The position numbers were made by a program, and so were the translations under genes. The notes under the pieces are model-generated. The model saw nothing but the letters and a program-made list of their open reading frames with translations. It was not told the DNA's origin and searched no databases. A DNA stretch of 62,000 nucleotides from NCBI RefSeq assembly GCF_004010195.1, contig NC_057750.1, positions 16,369,241 to 16,431,240 of the forward strand, in the 5' to 3' direction. This DNA comes from Chiloscyllium plagiosum. Lineage: Eukaryota. This document shows positions 48,083 to 60,809 of this stretch, one piece after another. The first letter of the stretch is position 1, and each line of letters opens with the position of its first letter.

Positions 48083-49479
48083 TTAATTGAAACGTAAGAT
48101 TTGAGGGGATTTGACTGGGTTCATGTGTAGAGAATATTTCCTCTTGTAGGAGAATCTAGAATGAGGGATCATAGTTTAAAAGTAAGGGTTCACCTATTTA
48201 AGACAGTGATGAAGAAACATTTTTTTTCTCTCAGACAGTTGTGAATCTTTGGAATTCCCTTCCTCAAAAGGCAATGGATATAGGATCTTTATATTTTTAA
48301 ATAATTTTAACTCTGAGATAGATAGTTTTTTTGATTAGCAAGGGTAAAGATTATGGGGGATGTGCAGGAATATACAGGTTAAATTTGTCCATGATTTTAT
48401 TGAATAGCAGTGTAGATTTCAAGGTCCTAGTAGTCTACTCTTGTTCCTTGATCAAATGAAAGACAAGCAGGCAATGCTGAAGATCTGATTTTAACAATAA
48501 AAAAGTTTATTTCAAAAAAGAAATGACAATAATATAGAACAAACTGAGCTATTTATGTATACCACAATTTCAAAGATTTCAAAACACATTGCAAAATAAA
48601 ATCTCATCAATCCCACTACCATGACTTTACAGTACTAAACTACCATAGAAAGATTTCCCTTTCCTATCACATCTATAAATTTAACTGTTTTATATCAAGT
48701 CCCAATTTGGAGACTTTGATAGCCTCTCCCTTGATTACACAACTAAGCTTAAACTTTCTTAGCTCCAAACAACTTTGACAAGTTTCTACCCAAACACTTC
48801 TGGTCTGGAATTTTCAAACTAAAACTCTTACACTGAGGTAACCTATTTCCTAACTGTTCTGAACTTAACTTCTTTCTCATGAAGAAAATTGTTCTTATAT
48901 CTGACCCCAGCCAAGTCTACTACGAACTAAAACAAAAACTTTACAATCTCTGGTCTTTCCTGAGCAAAAATCATTTATCGATTTTCCAAACCAAAAGCAA
49001 GCTAATGCCTTATGATGTTTGCTGTCTCTGGTCTTTAAACACTCACAATACAAACATATTTCCATTATCACTCCCTGGAATGCCCTATTCAATTGCTGTC
49101 TGGCACATTTGATCTAAAATCATTGCTCCAGAAAGACTGATAAAAATTAGACTGTATAGATCAAAACTGACTTGAGATTAATTCAAAATCCAAACTCTAA
49201 AATAAATGATATTGATATGTATAAGTCACATATTTTACATCACATAGGAATTACCATAATTTACCTTTTGATGTTCATTCTCAATCCTACAATTCATCCT
49301 GTTTTCTGTGAGTGCAACCATTGACTGAGTAGACTTTTCTTTACTCTTTCATGGAATATGAGAGTCACTGGCCAGGTCACTTTTGCTGTCCTTCTCTAGT
49401 TACCTTTGTACTGAGTGGTTTGTGAAGTTATTTCAAGGGTAGTTAAGCGTTAACCACATCACTGTGGTTCTAGCGTCAC

Positions 49480-49750
49480 GGTCGCTCAGTGGCTAGCAGA
49501 GCAGTCTTAGCACTAGGCACCCAGGTTTGGTTGCAGCCTCAGGCAACTGTTTGCACATTCTCCCTGCATCTGCGTGGGTTAACTCTGGGTGCTCCATTTT
49601 CCTTCCACAGTCCAAGGATGTGCAGATTAGGTGGCTTGGCCTTGGGGAATGTGGGGTAACAAGAATGGAGTAGGTCTGTGTGAGATACTTTACAGACGGT
49701 CAGTGTAGACTCAGTGGACCAAATAGCTGCTTCCACATTGTAGGGACCCT
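49480..49750 (+). mobile_element. Degenerate HE1/V-SINE inside a second-family SINE (-)
   Basis: tttgcacattctccctgcatctgcgtggg...ccacagtccaaggatgtgcag. Confidence 0.8.
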
Positions 49751-50685
49751 AGTGAAAAAAAGTAGGCTAGTTAAGGATGGCAGATTTTCTTTCGAAAAGG
49801 ATATCAGTGAACCAGATGGGTTTTTCAATAATTGATGGTCAGTATCACTGAGACTAGCTTTTAATTCCAGGTATTTATTGATTGAATTTAAATTTAGCAA
49901 CTTGCTGTGATGAGATTTGAACATGTCTCTGGGATAATAGTCACGTTACATTAACATACAGACTAAATTTCCAGTATCATACATTTTCCTTCTATCCATG
50001 TTTTCCCATGTTAGCTATTCACATATCAGCACCTTATTGGGTTGCTGATTTGTGGTTGTCATCTAGGGTCACATGCAACTGCTGAGGGAGATTGGATAGC
50101 ACTGCTGACTATCCAACTATAGGATGCACCACAATTAAGTCTTATGCCCCAGCTGAGGTCCATTGTCATTTTCAGTGAATATGAGAGAAGGGTGTGGGGA
50201 AAAGAGATGTCAATGGATCAGGACCTAGTAAACCATGAACCAGTCTTAACTGAGTGACAATGAGACCATTTGAGTCATTCATCCAGGGCCACCTGTCTTA
50301 GAACTAGGACAGTGATCAAACCTGCAACCTGCTAAATCTTATAATACTGTAAAAGCTTAGTGAACTCAACATTCATTTAGAAGCTCTACAATCACTCACT
50401 TTGTGTTCAAGGTCAATTGATTGTAGGATCCTGTCTCATCGCCATTAGCTAAGTCAAAGGTTTTCAGCACGATCCAAATAATAGCAACTTTGATGAATAC
50501 ACTCAAAGTGATTTCATAATTAAATTCATAATTGAATTGAGTGGGGGGAGAGAGATAGGGAGAGACCAACTGGTCCCAGGGCAACTTTTAATTAAATAAA
50601 GTTGTGTTTCTTTTTATAATTGTTATTAAATATAATTTTAAATTACCGTGCATAAGATGTGATCAACACATTGTCAGGTTTAGTG

Positions 50686-51190
50686 CTGAAGAAGGGTCAT
50701 TGGACCTGAAACATTAACTCTGATTTCTCTCCACAGATGCTGCCAGACCTACTGAGATTTTCCAGCAATTTCTGTTTTTGTTTCTGATTTCCAATGTTCA
50801 CAGTTCTTTTGGTTTTTTTTTATTTAGTGTCTAGCTCACTGCTACATCTCTTCCAGGCACATCCACCTTGAAGACGTTCTGCTCCTCTCTCCAACAGGAT
50901 TTCCATTCTAATCTTTTCTCTTGTTCACTGTCATTAATTCACTGCCCCTCCTGGTGTTTGACCAGGTATTTGGTAAAACTGGTTTCTGCAGAGACATCAC
51001 CTTCCTCAGTGATTGCCTCTGGCTCAGAATCAAACGACAAGGATTCCAACTCAAGTTTCATCCTTTGTCTTTTGAACCCACCAGGATCAAAGTTCTGAGG
51101 AAGGGTCACTGGACCTGAAACATTGACTCTGATTTCTCCGTACAGATGCTGCTAGACCTGCTGGAATTTTCCAACAATTTCTGATTTGTT
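50686..51190 (+). mobile_element. PLE family C: pLTR - start of ORF - second pLTR in direct tandem
   Basis: Two direct copies of CTGA(A/G)GA-A-GGGTC-A(T/C)TG-GACCT-GAAACATT (50686, 51095) flank a segment encoding ITFLSDCLWLRIKRQGFQLKFHP, which I read as a PLE N-terminus. Confidence 0.75.
51092..51127 (+). ncRNA. Minimal hammerhead ribozyme motif, family C
   Basis: gtt-CTGAGGA-A-GGGTC-ACTG-GACCT-GAAAC-ATT-gac; ACAT inferred to be CpG-decayed ACGT. Confidence 0.7.
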
Positions 51191-51369
51191 TAGATATTAA
51201 GCACAGTTGTACCTCCCAAACTCCGGGTTTAGACAAAGACCCAGAATCCAGCCTGAAATCTAAGCCTCAGTGGAGATTTGACTTTTCTGAGACTCAAATG
51301 AAAGGGTGCACACTGGAAACGATGGCTGTCGATGGGCTGGTGGATTGACCAAATCAAAAGACAGGTTTT

Positions 51370-52680
51370 AGTACCAATGCTGTTCACGCAAAATGTTTCA
51401 TACAAAGGAAGATGGTTGTGGTGGCTGGAGGTCAGACATCTCAGCTCAAGGGGTTCCTTAGGAGATGTGCTCGAAACTCAAACATCTTCAGCTGCTTCAT
51501 CAATGACCTTCCCTCCATCACTGGATGTAGCTGGAGCTGTCATGACATCTCCCATACCCTCAGCAAGCCGTTTTAGAAACCCCCATTCTTCCCATCATGG
51601 ATAGATTCAGCAAGGCACAGGTAGCAGTCACAGTAACACTCCACTGGGATGTTCGCACAGCACCATCCATAACTCCACGATACTGAAACAGTCTGTGTCC
51701 AAATGCAGCAAGATCTGGACAACATCCAGGCTAATGTTGACAAGTGACAAGTAGCAAAGAGCATCTCCAGTAGGAAAGAATCTGTCGCCCCTTGACATTC
51801 AATGGCATTACCATCACTAAAATATAATGGCTAATAGAGCAGGTCAGAGATTAGGAATACTGCAGTGAGTAACACATCTCCTCACTGCCCAGAGTCTATC
51901 CACCATCTACAAGGCACAAATCAGGAGTGGGATGGCGTACTCACCATTTGCCTGGATGGGTGCAGCTCCAACGAGACTCAAGAAACTTGGCACCATCCAG
52001 AACAAAGTAGCCCGCTTGATTGGCACCACATTCATAAGCATCCACTCCCTCCACCACTGACACTCAGCAGCAGCAGTGCACTATCTATTATCTACACTAC
52101 AGAAATTCATCAAACACAGCACCTTCGAAACCCGCGACTGTTTCCATCTAGAAGGTCAAGGGTGGCAGATGCATGGGAAAACATCACCAACCGCAGTTCC
52201 CCTCCAAGCCACTCACCATCCTGACTTGGAAATATATCGCCATTCCTTTACTGTTGCTGGGACAAAATCTTGGAATTCCCTTCCTAATGGCATTGTGGGT
52301 AAACCTACAGCATGTGGACTGCAGTGGTTCAAGGTAGCAACTCACCATCTCATTCTCAAAGATAACTAGGGACGGGCAATAAAATGCTGGCCAACCAGTA
52401 ACGCCCGCATCCCATGAGTGGATAGAAAAACAAAATAATCACCCAGTATCAAAATCCTGGGGTTTACCATTGAGCCAGAACTGAATTGCCTATATCAATA
52501 CTATAGCTGCAAGAAATGGTTAGAGGCTAGTCATCCTGCAGCAGGTAACTCACCTCCTGTCTCCTAAAGCCTGTCCACCATCTACAAAGCATAACGCAGG
52601 AGTGTAATGGAATATTCCCCACTTGACTGGATGAGTGCAGCTCCAGCAATAGTCAAGAAGCTCGACACAACTCATGACAA
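51370..52680 (+). mobile_element. CR1-like LINE 3' fragments (family of 14150)
   Basis: Shared with 14150-15410; tail agggacgggcaataaaatgctggcc at about 52368. Confidence 0.8.
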
Positions 52681-54570
52681 GGCTTTGAAAAGATGACTAT
52701 CTGAAAACAATTGCAGAGTTATGATGTTAAGGGTTGGAGAGTGGCACTGACCAAGTCTCAGAGAGCTGACGCAGACATGACAAGCTAAGAGACCTTCTTC
52801 TGGGTATAATCATTTCAGAATACTTTGTTCTCTTCCACTCGCATTTACTCAATATATGGGGAAATAGTAGTCATTGAGGAGACCAGATGAATCTTCTGTT
52901 GAATCTTCACACGAGTTCAAATCTCAGTACAGCAACTAGTAGAATTTAAATTTGTTTAATAAATCTGGAATTGAAATCTAGTCTCACTAATGGTGACAAC
53001 AATTTTAAATTGTCATAAAGACTAAGTTGTTTACTGATGTTCTTTGGGGAAGGAAATCTGCCATCCTTATCTAGTTTCACCCGGCCTATGTATGATTCCA
53101 AATCCACTGCAATGTGTTTGAAAGCTATCTGCCCTATGAAATGGTCAGTCAGCCACTCAGTTCAAGACCAATAATGAAGCAGCACCAAATGTTGGCTTTA
53201 ATAGTGACCCACATTCCATTAAAGAATAAATATATCACTGACACAATTGCTCGGTCATCTGGTAATTAAATCCCTGTTAATGGTGCTAGACAATGAGATT
53301 TCAGAGGCTATCTGACTGTGGAAGACATCGCAACCAATCCCATTCCTATCATTCCCTCAAATAGCATAAGTGCAACTTCCACTACTGGATGTAGCTGGAG
53401 CTATATGACATCTCCCAGACCCTCAGCAATCCACCTTAGAAACTCCCATTCTTCCCATCATGGATAGGATCAGCAAGGGACAGGTAGCAGTCACAGTAAC
53501 ACACCACCTGGAGCACACACTGTGGTGTGTGTTTCTTGCCTCTCAGTAAAGTTCAACTCTCACACCAGAGACATTTTAAAATAAAAATATCATGCATGGG
53601 GTGTAGGTAATGCTAATTGGGCCAGCAAATGTTGCCCAGGAAATGTTTATCTGATTGTCCTGGAGAAGAATGTGGTGATTAGTCTTCTTGAACCAATGCA
53701 ACCCTGGTAGTGTAGGATCATTTACAATGCTGTTAGGGAGGGAGTTCCACAATTTTGACCCAGTGACAATGAAGGGAATGGTGATACATGTACAAGTCAA
53801 CATGGTGTGTGGCTTGGAGGAACCTTGCATGTTGTGGTATCTGTTGCCTTTGCCTTTCTAGATGGCAGATGTTATGATATTGGAGAGTACTGTCTAATGA
53901 GCCTCGGTGAATTGCTGAAGTGTAGATAGGCTGATGGTATATTCCTTGTTTGGGTCCAGCTTCACAGGCTCTGCATTTACTTAAAGTGTATACTAGTCAT
54001 GTGTGAGACTTGGCCATAAAAGTTAGCAGCCAATCCAATATTTCCTTACTCATTGATAGGATGTGGCACTGCTGGCTGGGCCACTATTTTATTCCCATCC
54101 TTAGTTGCCCTCAAGAAAGCAGTGCTAAGCTTGCTTTTTGAACAACTACAGAACATGTGGTGTGGGAATGTCCACAATGCTTTTAGGGAGGGAGTTCCAG
54201 GATTTTGATATTGCAACAGTGAAACACATCAATATACTTCCAGGTCAGGATGGAAGTGGCTTGCAAGGGAAGTTGCAGGTGGCGATGTTCCCTTGAATAG
54301 CAGTCCATGTCCTTCTCGACAGTTGTGAGTTTGGAAGGTGCTGTTTGAGGAACACAAACTTTAGTTGGACACTTGTAGTACAGTCCTGGGGGAGTGCAGT
54401 ACTGTTGAGACTGCAAACCTTTGTTTAAAATATTAGACCAAGACACCACCAGTGCTCTTGGGTGGATGTAACACATCCTCTGGCACTATGTTGAAGAACA
54501 GCAGGGCAGAGAGAAGATAAGCCCACTGTTCTGGCTAATATATACCACTCAAACAGCATCAAGGAAAAAA

Positions 54571-54715
54571 TTGAGTCGAGAGTGTGGTGCTGGAAAAGCA
54601 CAGCACATCAGGCAGCATCTGAGGAACAGGAAAATCAACATTCCAGGCAAAAGCCCTTCTAGCACCACACTCTCGACTCTAACCTCCAGGATCTGCAACC
54701 CTCCCTTTCGCCTGG
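54571..54715. mobile_element. PLE mini-element, family A
   Basis: TSD TCAAGGAAAAA at 54559-69 and 54716-26; inverted gagtcgagagtgtggtgct / agcaccacactctcgactc. Confidence 0.85.
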
Positions 54716-55019
54716 TCAAGGAAAAATAGCAGATGATTTGTGGCATTGTACTGCACTCAAATTGGCTGTTGTGATTCCTACATCACAACAGTGACTGTAC
54801 TTCAACCATTCTTCGTAAAGTTTATTCTGAGGTGACAAAAGGTGCTGTAGAAATACTAGTTTAGCTGAGAAGCACAGCACTCATTCATAAGACAATCAGA
54901 AAGCCCCTATAGTTGACAAGAAGTCACACTTGTGAAACAAGCAGTAATTCCATATCTTTTTGCTTAAATACTTCACTTAGAATTCCTGAAGAAAATATGA
55001 GCAAAATGCATTGTGCTTT

Positions 55020-55560
55020 AAACAGCTGCAATTTTGAGGAAGGTGAATAGACGCTTCTCATTATTTTAGTGCTTTAATTGAGTCAGTGTTCTTCGGAGCA
55101 CTGAAGGAAATAGCACTTGTTGAAGTTTGGTGAATTCCATGAACCAGACCTCCATTGTTCCATTGTATTTGAAAACGTGTGCCTGATTGTTGCTTAGATT
55201 GGGCAGACTTTTCCCCCACTATTTTATTGTTAATTAAAACATAGAATTGTGCCTGAGAGAGAGAGAGAGAAGGGGGAAGGGGGTATTTTGAGCTTCCTGG
55301 AGTGGGGGGCATGAGGTCAGTGTGGGAGCCCGGCCAGTTGCAGGACTGTGCATAATACACGGAATCTCACTGCTTTCGATGACTTCATCGTGTTACAAAC
55401 CATTCTGCCTGATTTACTGGTCTGCAGCAGATCTGAACAAATGCCATTAAATAACAGCTTGCATCATTTCTCCCAGTGCAGTGTAATTAATTCCGGCTGA
55501 AGTCAATAACCTGTTAGTAATGTGTTTTCTTATGTACTATCTTTACTTGTAACGAATATC
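55020..55560. promoter_or_regulatory. Non-repeat island, candidate enhancer/CNE
   Basis: No TE similarity that I recognise; clustered CATTGT/ATTGTT (Sox-like), TAATTA, TGAGTCA motifs and retained CpGs. Confidence 0.3.
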
Positions 55561-56064
55561 CTCACAGCAGTTCACATGGAACTGAATCAACGTTCCACCT
55601 CCTCTGCCCAAAGCCACAATTACTTATTACACCAAATCTACAGCTTAGGGTCAGGCCACTTGGCTCAGCCAGTCCATTCTAGTGTTTTTGTTCTGCACGA
55701 GTTCCCACCCACCTTTATCTCATATCTTTGGGGCACAGTGATGGTGTCCCTACCTCTAGGCCACAAGATCTGTGTTTGAATCCCACCTGTTCATGACTGA
55801 ACAGGTTGATTTAAAATTAATACACTATTCCTGTCTCCTTCTTTTTCTTATCGGACTTCTTAATTGCACCTACCCTATTAACCAAAAGTTTTGATGAAGA
55901 GTTGCTAGACTCAAAACATTAGCTTGCTCTCTCTACGTGATGCTGCCTGACCCGCTGTGATTTTCAGCATTATTTGTTTTCAGTATTTGTTGTCCTTGTT
56001 CTTCTAGGTGGCAGAGGTCATGAGTTTCAAAAGTACTGTGGAAAGAGGCTTGATGAACTATTGA

Positions 56065-56510
56065 GGGAGGCAGTGGTGTACTAATAGTGTCAGTGGACTA
56101 GTACTCCAAATTCCGGAATAATGCTTTGGAGATATGGACTGAATTCCCACTATGGCAGCTTACCACTAGCTTCACAAGGGCAAATGGAGCAAGGGCAATA
56201 AATGTTGATCCAGCCAGCGATGCCATAAACAAATTGCTGCTCGAAATAAAATCTGGAATTAATGCTAATTTAATATTGACTGTGTAACCATTGTTTTTAG
56301 AAACCCATTTGGTCCACTAATGTCTTCTAGGAAGGAAACTCTGCTGTCCTTATCCAGTCTAGCCTACATGTGACTCCAGATTCACAGCAAAGATTTCGAC
56401 TCTTAACTGCTCTCTGCATTGGCTGAACAAGCCACTCAGTTCAACTGCAATTAGGGATGGACAAAAAATACTGATCTTGTGAGTGACATCTGGACCCAAA
56501 TAAAGAATAA
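56065..56510 (+). mobile_element. tRNA-derived SINE (second family)
   Basis: Matches 59560; further copies at 52860(+), 40148(-), 6030(-), 59330(-). Confidence 0.8.
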
Positions 56511-56684
56511 AGAAAAAGATACATTGTGTAGATGGTACACATTGCTGCCATGGTGCAGCGGTGATGGAGGGAGTGAATATTGAAGGTAATGTATTTTGTG
56601 TTGATCAGTCAGGTTTCCTTGTCTTGGCTGTGATTGAGCTTCTTGAGTGTTGTTGGAGTGGCATTCATCCAAGAAAGTGGGGGG

Positions 56685-56708
56685 TTAGGGTAAGGGTAAG
56701 GGTTAGGG
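56685..56708 (+). repeat. Telomere-like tract TTAGGG-TAAGGG-TAAGGG-TTAGGG
   Basis: Read directly, at the junction of two LINE fragments. Confidence 0.7.
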
Positions 56709-56729
56709 AGAATAGGGAAGAAAAAATAT

Positions 56730-57500
56730 AGGAATGGAATATTTTCTAAATGGGGAAAGGCTTCAGAAATCTGAAGCACAAAGAGACTTGGGAGGCCTAG
56801 TTCAGGATTCTCTTCAGGTGAACCTGCAGGTTTAGTTGGCAGTTAGGAAGGCAAATGCAATGTGAGCATTCATTTCAAGGTGGCTAGAATTCAAGAGGAG
56901 AGGTGTACTGTTGAGGCTGTACAATGATCTGGTCAGATCATATTTGGAATATTGTGACCAGTTTTGAACCTTGTGTCTAATGTTGGATGAGGTTCAGAGG
57001 AGGTTTACAAGAATGTTCCCTGTGATGAAGGACTTTTCATATGAGGATGTCCTGATGTTGGAGGGGCAGTTGAGTGATCTGGGCCTGTTCGCCAAGGAGT
57101 TTCAAATGATGAGGGGGGGGGGATCTGATTCAAACTTATAGAACAGTAAGTAGCCTGGACAGAGTGGACATGGAGAAGTTGTTGCCACTAGTAAGCGAGA
57201 CTAGGACCGAGGGCACAGCTTCAGAGTGAAAGGACGACCCTTTTGAACTGAGATGAGGAGGAATTTCTTCAGCCAGAGGGTGGTGAATCTGTGGAACTCA
57301 TTGATGTAGAAGGCTGTGGAGGCTAAATTGTTCAGTGTATTTAAAACAGAGATTGATAGGTTCTTGATTAGTAAGTGGATCAAGTGTAATGGGGAGAAGG
57401 CAGAAGAATGAGATTGGCAAACATATCAGCCATGGGCAAATGGTGGAGCAGACCTGATGGGTCAATTGGCCTAATTCTGCTCCTACACCTTATGTTCTTA
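56730..57500 (+). mobile_element. CR1 3' fragment (same family as 10098-12183)
   Basis: cagaaatctgaagcacaaagagacttggg...aggaaggcaaatgcaatg aligns with 11480-11580. Confidence 0.85.
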
Positions 57501-58000
57501 TGCAGTATTCCATCACATTTCTGACTTGTACTTTGTGGACACCTTTTGAGAGTCAGGAGGTAAATTAAATACGGATGGTCAATGGTAAACCTCAGAATAT
57601 TAAAGGTGGCTAGCGATGGTAATGCCAATGAAGGTTAGATTCACTCTTGTTGGAGATGGTCATTACCTATCAAATGTCAATGTCACTTGCTCTTATAAAT
57701 CCACAGCTAAATGTGTGTATGTGCATGCTCCCGAGAATATAGAAAATATGAGCTGAGGTAGACTCCTCAAATCATTCAATCTTTGAATCCAACTCTACTT
57801 TCCTGCCTGCTCCCAGCAGCCTTTGATTCCCAAAGAGATCAAAATTCTGTCTGTTCCAGCTTGACTATACTCAATGATGAAATATCTACAACTCATGGTA
57901 TTGTTGGATTTGGACTTGGGCTGCTTCAGTATCAGATGAGTTGAAAATGCTGCTGAACATTGTGCAATCACCATCTGACCTAATAGAGAACCTAATAGTG

Positions 58001-58320
58001 GGCGGCACGGTGGCACAGTGGTTAGCACTGCTGCCTCACAGCGCCAGAGACCCGGGTTGAATTCCCGACTCAGGCGACTGACTGTGTGGAGTTTGCACGT
58101 TCTCCCCGTGTCTGCGTGGGTTTCCTCCGGGTGCTCCGGTTTCCTCCCACAGTCCAAAGATGTGCAGGGTCAGGTGAATTGGCCACGCTAAATTGCCCAT
58201 AGTGTTAGGTTAAAGGGGTAAATGTAGGGGTAGGGGTATGGGTGGGTTGCGCTTCGGCGGGTCAGTGTGGACTTGTTGGGCCGAAGGGCCTGTTTCCACC
58301 CTGTAAGTAATCTAATCTAA
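58001..58320 (+). mobile_element. Young HE1/V-SINE
   Basis: Highly similar to 18275-18603; (TAATC)n tail. Confidence 0.93.
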
Positions 58321-59559
58321 GAAGGTAATTGATGAAGCAATTGAAGTTGATTGAGCCTTGGAAACTACCCTGAAAAACTCTTGCAAAGCTGTCCTGGAGT
58401 TGACATGACCAATCTCCAAAAACCATAACTTTGTTTGGATAATGCATGACTCCAACCAACAGAGAATTTTCCCTCGAAAATTGACTCTAGTTTTGTTAGG
58501 GGTCCTTGATGCCACATTTATCAAATGCGATCAAGGGCAGTCACTCTCACCTCAAATCTGGAATTCAGCTTTTTTATCCATATTTAAACCAAGGCTGGAA
58601 TGAGGTCAGGAGCTGAGTGGACCTGGCAGAGTCCAAACTGAGTGTAGTGGCAGGTTATTGATGATGCTTTCCTTCACTTTACTGATGATCAAGATAAACT
58701 GATGAGGCCGTAATTGGTCAGGTTGGATGTATCCAGCTATTATGTGCAGGACATACCTGGACAATTTTAGATTCCTGGGCAATTGGGACCAATTCTGTTC
58801 GAGAATGGAAACTTTATGAATCAAATAGGTTGCACCTCTACACTTTTGGGATCAATGTCCGTGTGAGATATTGATCCTATGTGTAAAGTTTAAATTAATT
58901 TGGCAAAGGTGTGGGAACCCCGAGGTAATTTTGGCAGTCTCAAATAGCACTAGGGTAGGAAATATAAGCTATGTTGTGAGTCAGAATAAGGAAGTGATGT
59001 AGTAAATTCGGAACTAAGGTTACCATGCATGTGTATGAATGAACAGAGATTGTTAATCAGATTGGTGAGCTCCAGACTCAGGCAGTCTTCAGGAAATATG
59101 ATGTCAAAGTGATAACGTAGAACTGGCCCAAAGAAAGATAGGGCTGGATTCTAAATATTACTGCATACAAGATATTCAGGAGAGAAATGAAGGAATAAAA
59201 GGAGAACATTATAGTAATGAAGAAAGAGGACGCCCTCTCCGGGTCATGGCAGAATCTAATTGATTTAGAAATAAGGAACAGTCAAGTAACTATTATTGCA
59301 TTGGGGTAACATATATTAATTTTCTTTATTCTTTTGTGGGATGTGGCTGTTACTGGCAAGGCCATCATTTATTGCCCATTCCTAATTGCCCTTGCTTTGA
59401 ATCACTTACTGAGCCATTTCAGAGAACAGTTAGGAGTCAATCATATTACAGCGAGTCTGGAGTCATAGGTAGGTCAGATTGGGTAAAGATGGTAGATTTC
59501 TCTCCATTGGTGAACGAGATGGCTTTTTAGAAAAATCTATGATAGTTTCATATACTTAA

Positions 59560-59905
59560 GGGGAGGAATGGCCTAGAGGTATTACTACTGGATTCTTAAT
59601 TCAGAGACCCAGGAAATGTTCTGGGGTCCAGGTTTGAACCCCCCCCCCCCATGGCAGATGGTAGAATTTCAATTCAATAAGTATCTGGAATTTAGAGTTT
59701 ATGATGACCAGGAATCCATTGTCGATTGTTGGAAAAACCCATCTGGTTCACTAATGTCCTTGAGGGAAGGAAACTGCCACCTGGTCTGGCCTGATGTGAC
59801 TCCAGACCACAGCAATGTGGTTGACTCTTAACTGTTCTCTGGGCAAATAGGGATGGGCAATAAATGCTGGCCTGGCCAGTAACACCGTCATCTCATGAAT
59901 GAATT
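59560..59905 (+). mobile_element. tRNA-derived SINE (second family), full length
   Basis: A-box-like TGGCCTAGAGG, B-box-like GGTTTGAACCC; 3' tail agggatgggcaataaatgctggcc..catgaatgaat shared with a LINE family. Confidence 0.85.
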
Positions 59906-60509
59906 TTTAAAAATATCCTTGCGGAAACTAAACTTTCAATTCTATTAGCTAATTGTGGGGGGATTTGAAACCATACCATCACCGTGTGGGCTTCTGGATT
60001 GTTAAGTTTATATGGGCTACCAATTATTAGAAAGGATATAGAGGAACAAGTCCCTAACACATGACATAACCCCAAAGGAAATTCATTGCAAATGTAAGTA
60101 TGGACAGTGAGGCATGATTCTCTTAGACATCCTGGCATGATCATCTAAAATGGACAGAAACCGCTTGAGTTTTGCTGTTACATCCCTCAGAAGAAACCAT
60201 AGCCACAAGATACCCTGGGGACATTCAAGATCAGGGCACTGGTGCCAATTGTATTCACTCATCACCTATGACTTTCAGAACAGCTTTGTCAATATGCACA
60301 GCTACCACATCACTGATATGATGCAGATAACAGGAGGATCACAAGTCACTCCCTGATGAGAACCAGAATCAAGGTAAAAGCCTAGAAACTTCTTCATTCA
60401 AAGAAGAAAAGCTGTCCTTGTATCAACTTCAGCCATGCTGTCTACCCAGATAACAACTAGCAGTTCATTGACTGAAGCAGGGACTCTGTAATTCCTCGCT
60501 CGAACACAG

Positions 60510-60699
60510 TTAAAAATCGCGCAACACCAGGTTATAGTCCAATAGGGTTATTTGGAAGCACTAGTTGTCGAAGCACACCTTATGAAAGAACAGCGCTTCG
60601 AAAGCTAGTGCTTCCAAATAAACCTGTTGGGACTGGAACCTGGTGTTGCGCGGTTTTTAACTTTGTCCACCACAGCCCAACACCGGCACCTCCACATTA
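60510..60699. mobile_element. PLE mini-element, family B
   Basis: TSD TCGCTCGAACACAG at 60496-509 and 60700-13; cac-CTTATGA-A-AGAAC-AGC-GCTTC-GAAAG-CTA-gtg. Confidence 0.9.
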
Positions 60700-60809
60700 T
60701 CGCTCGAACACAGAAGCAAAGTCGTACGTACTTCGAGACACCACCTCCAATACTGCATTCTTAAAACATGGGAATTAAAAACATAAAAACGATGACTGCT
60801 TTAAAACAT

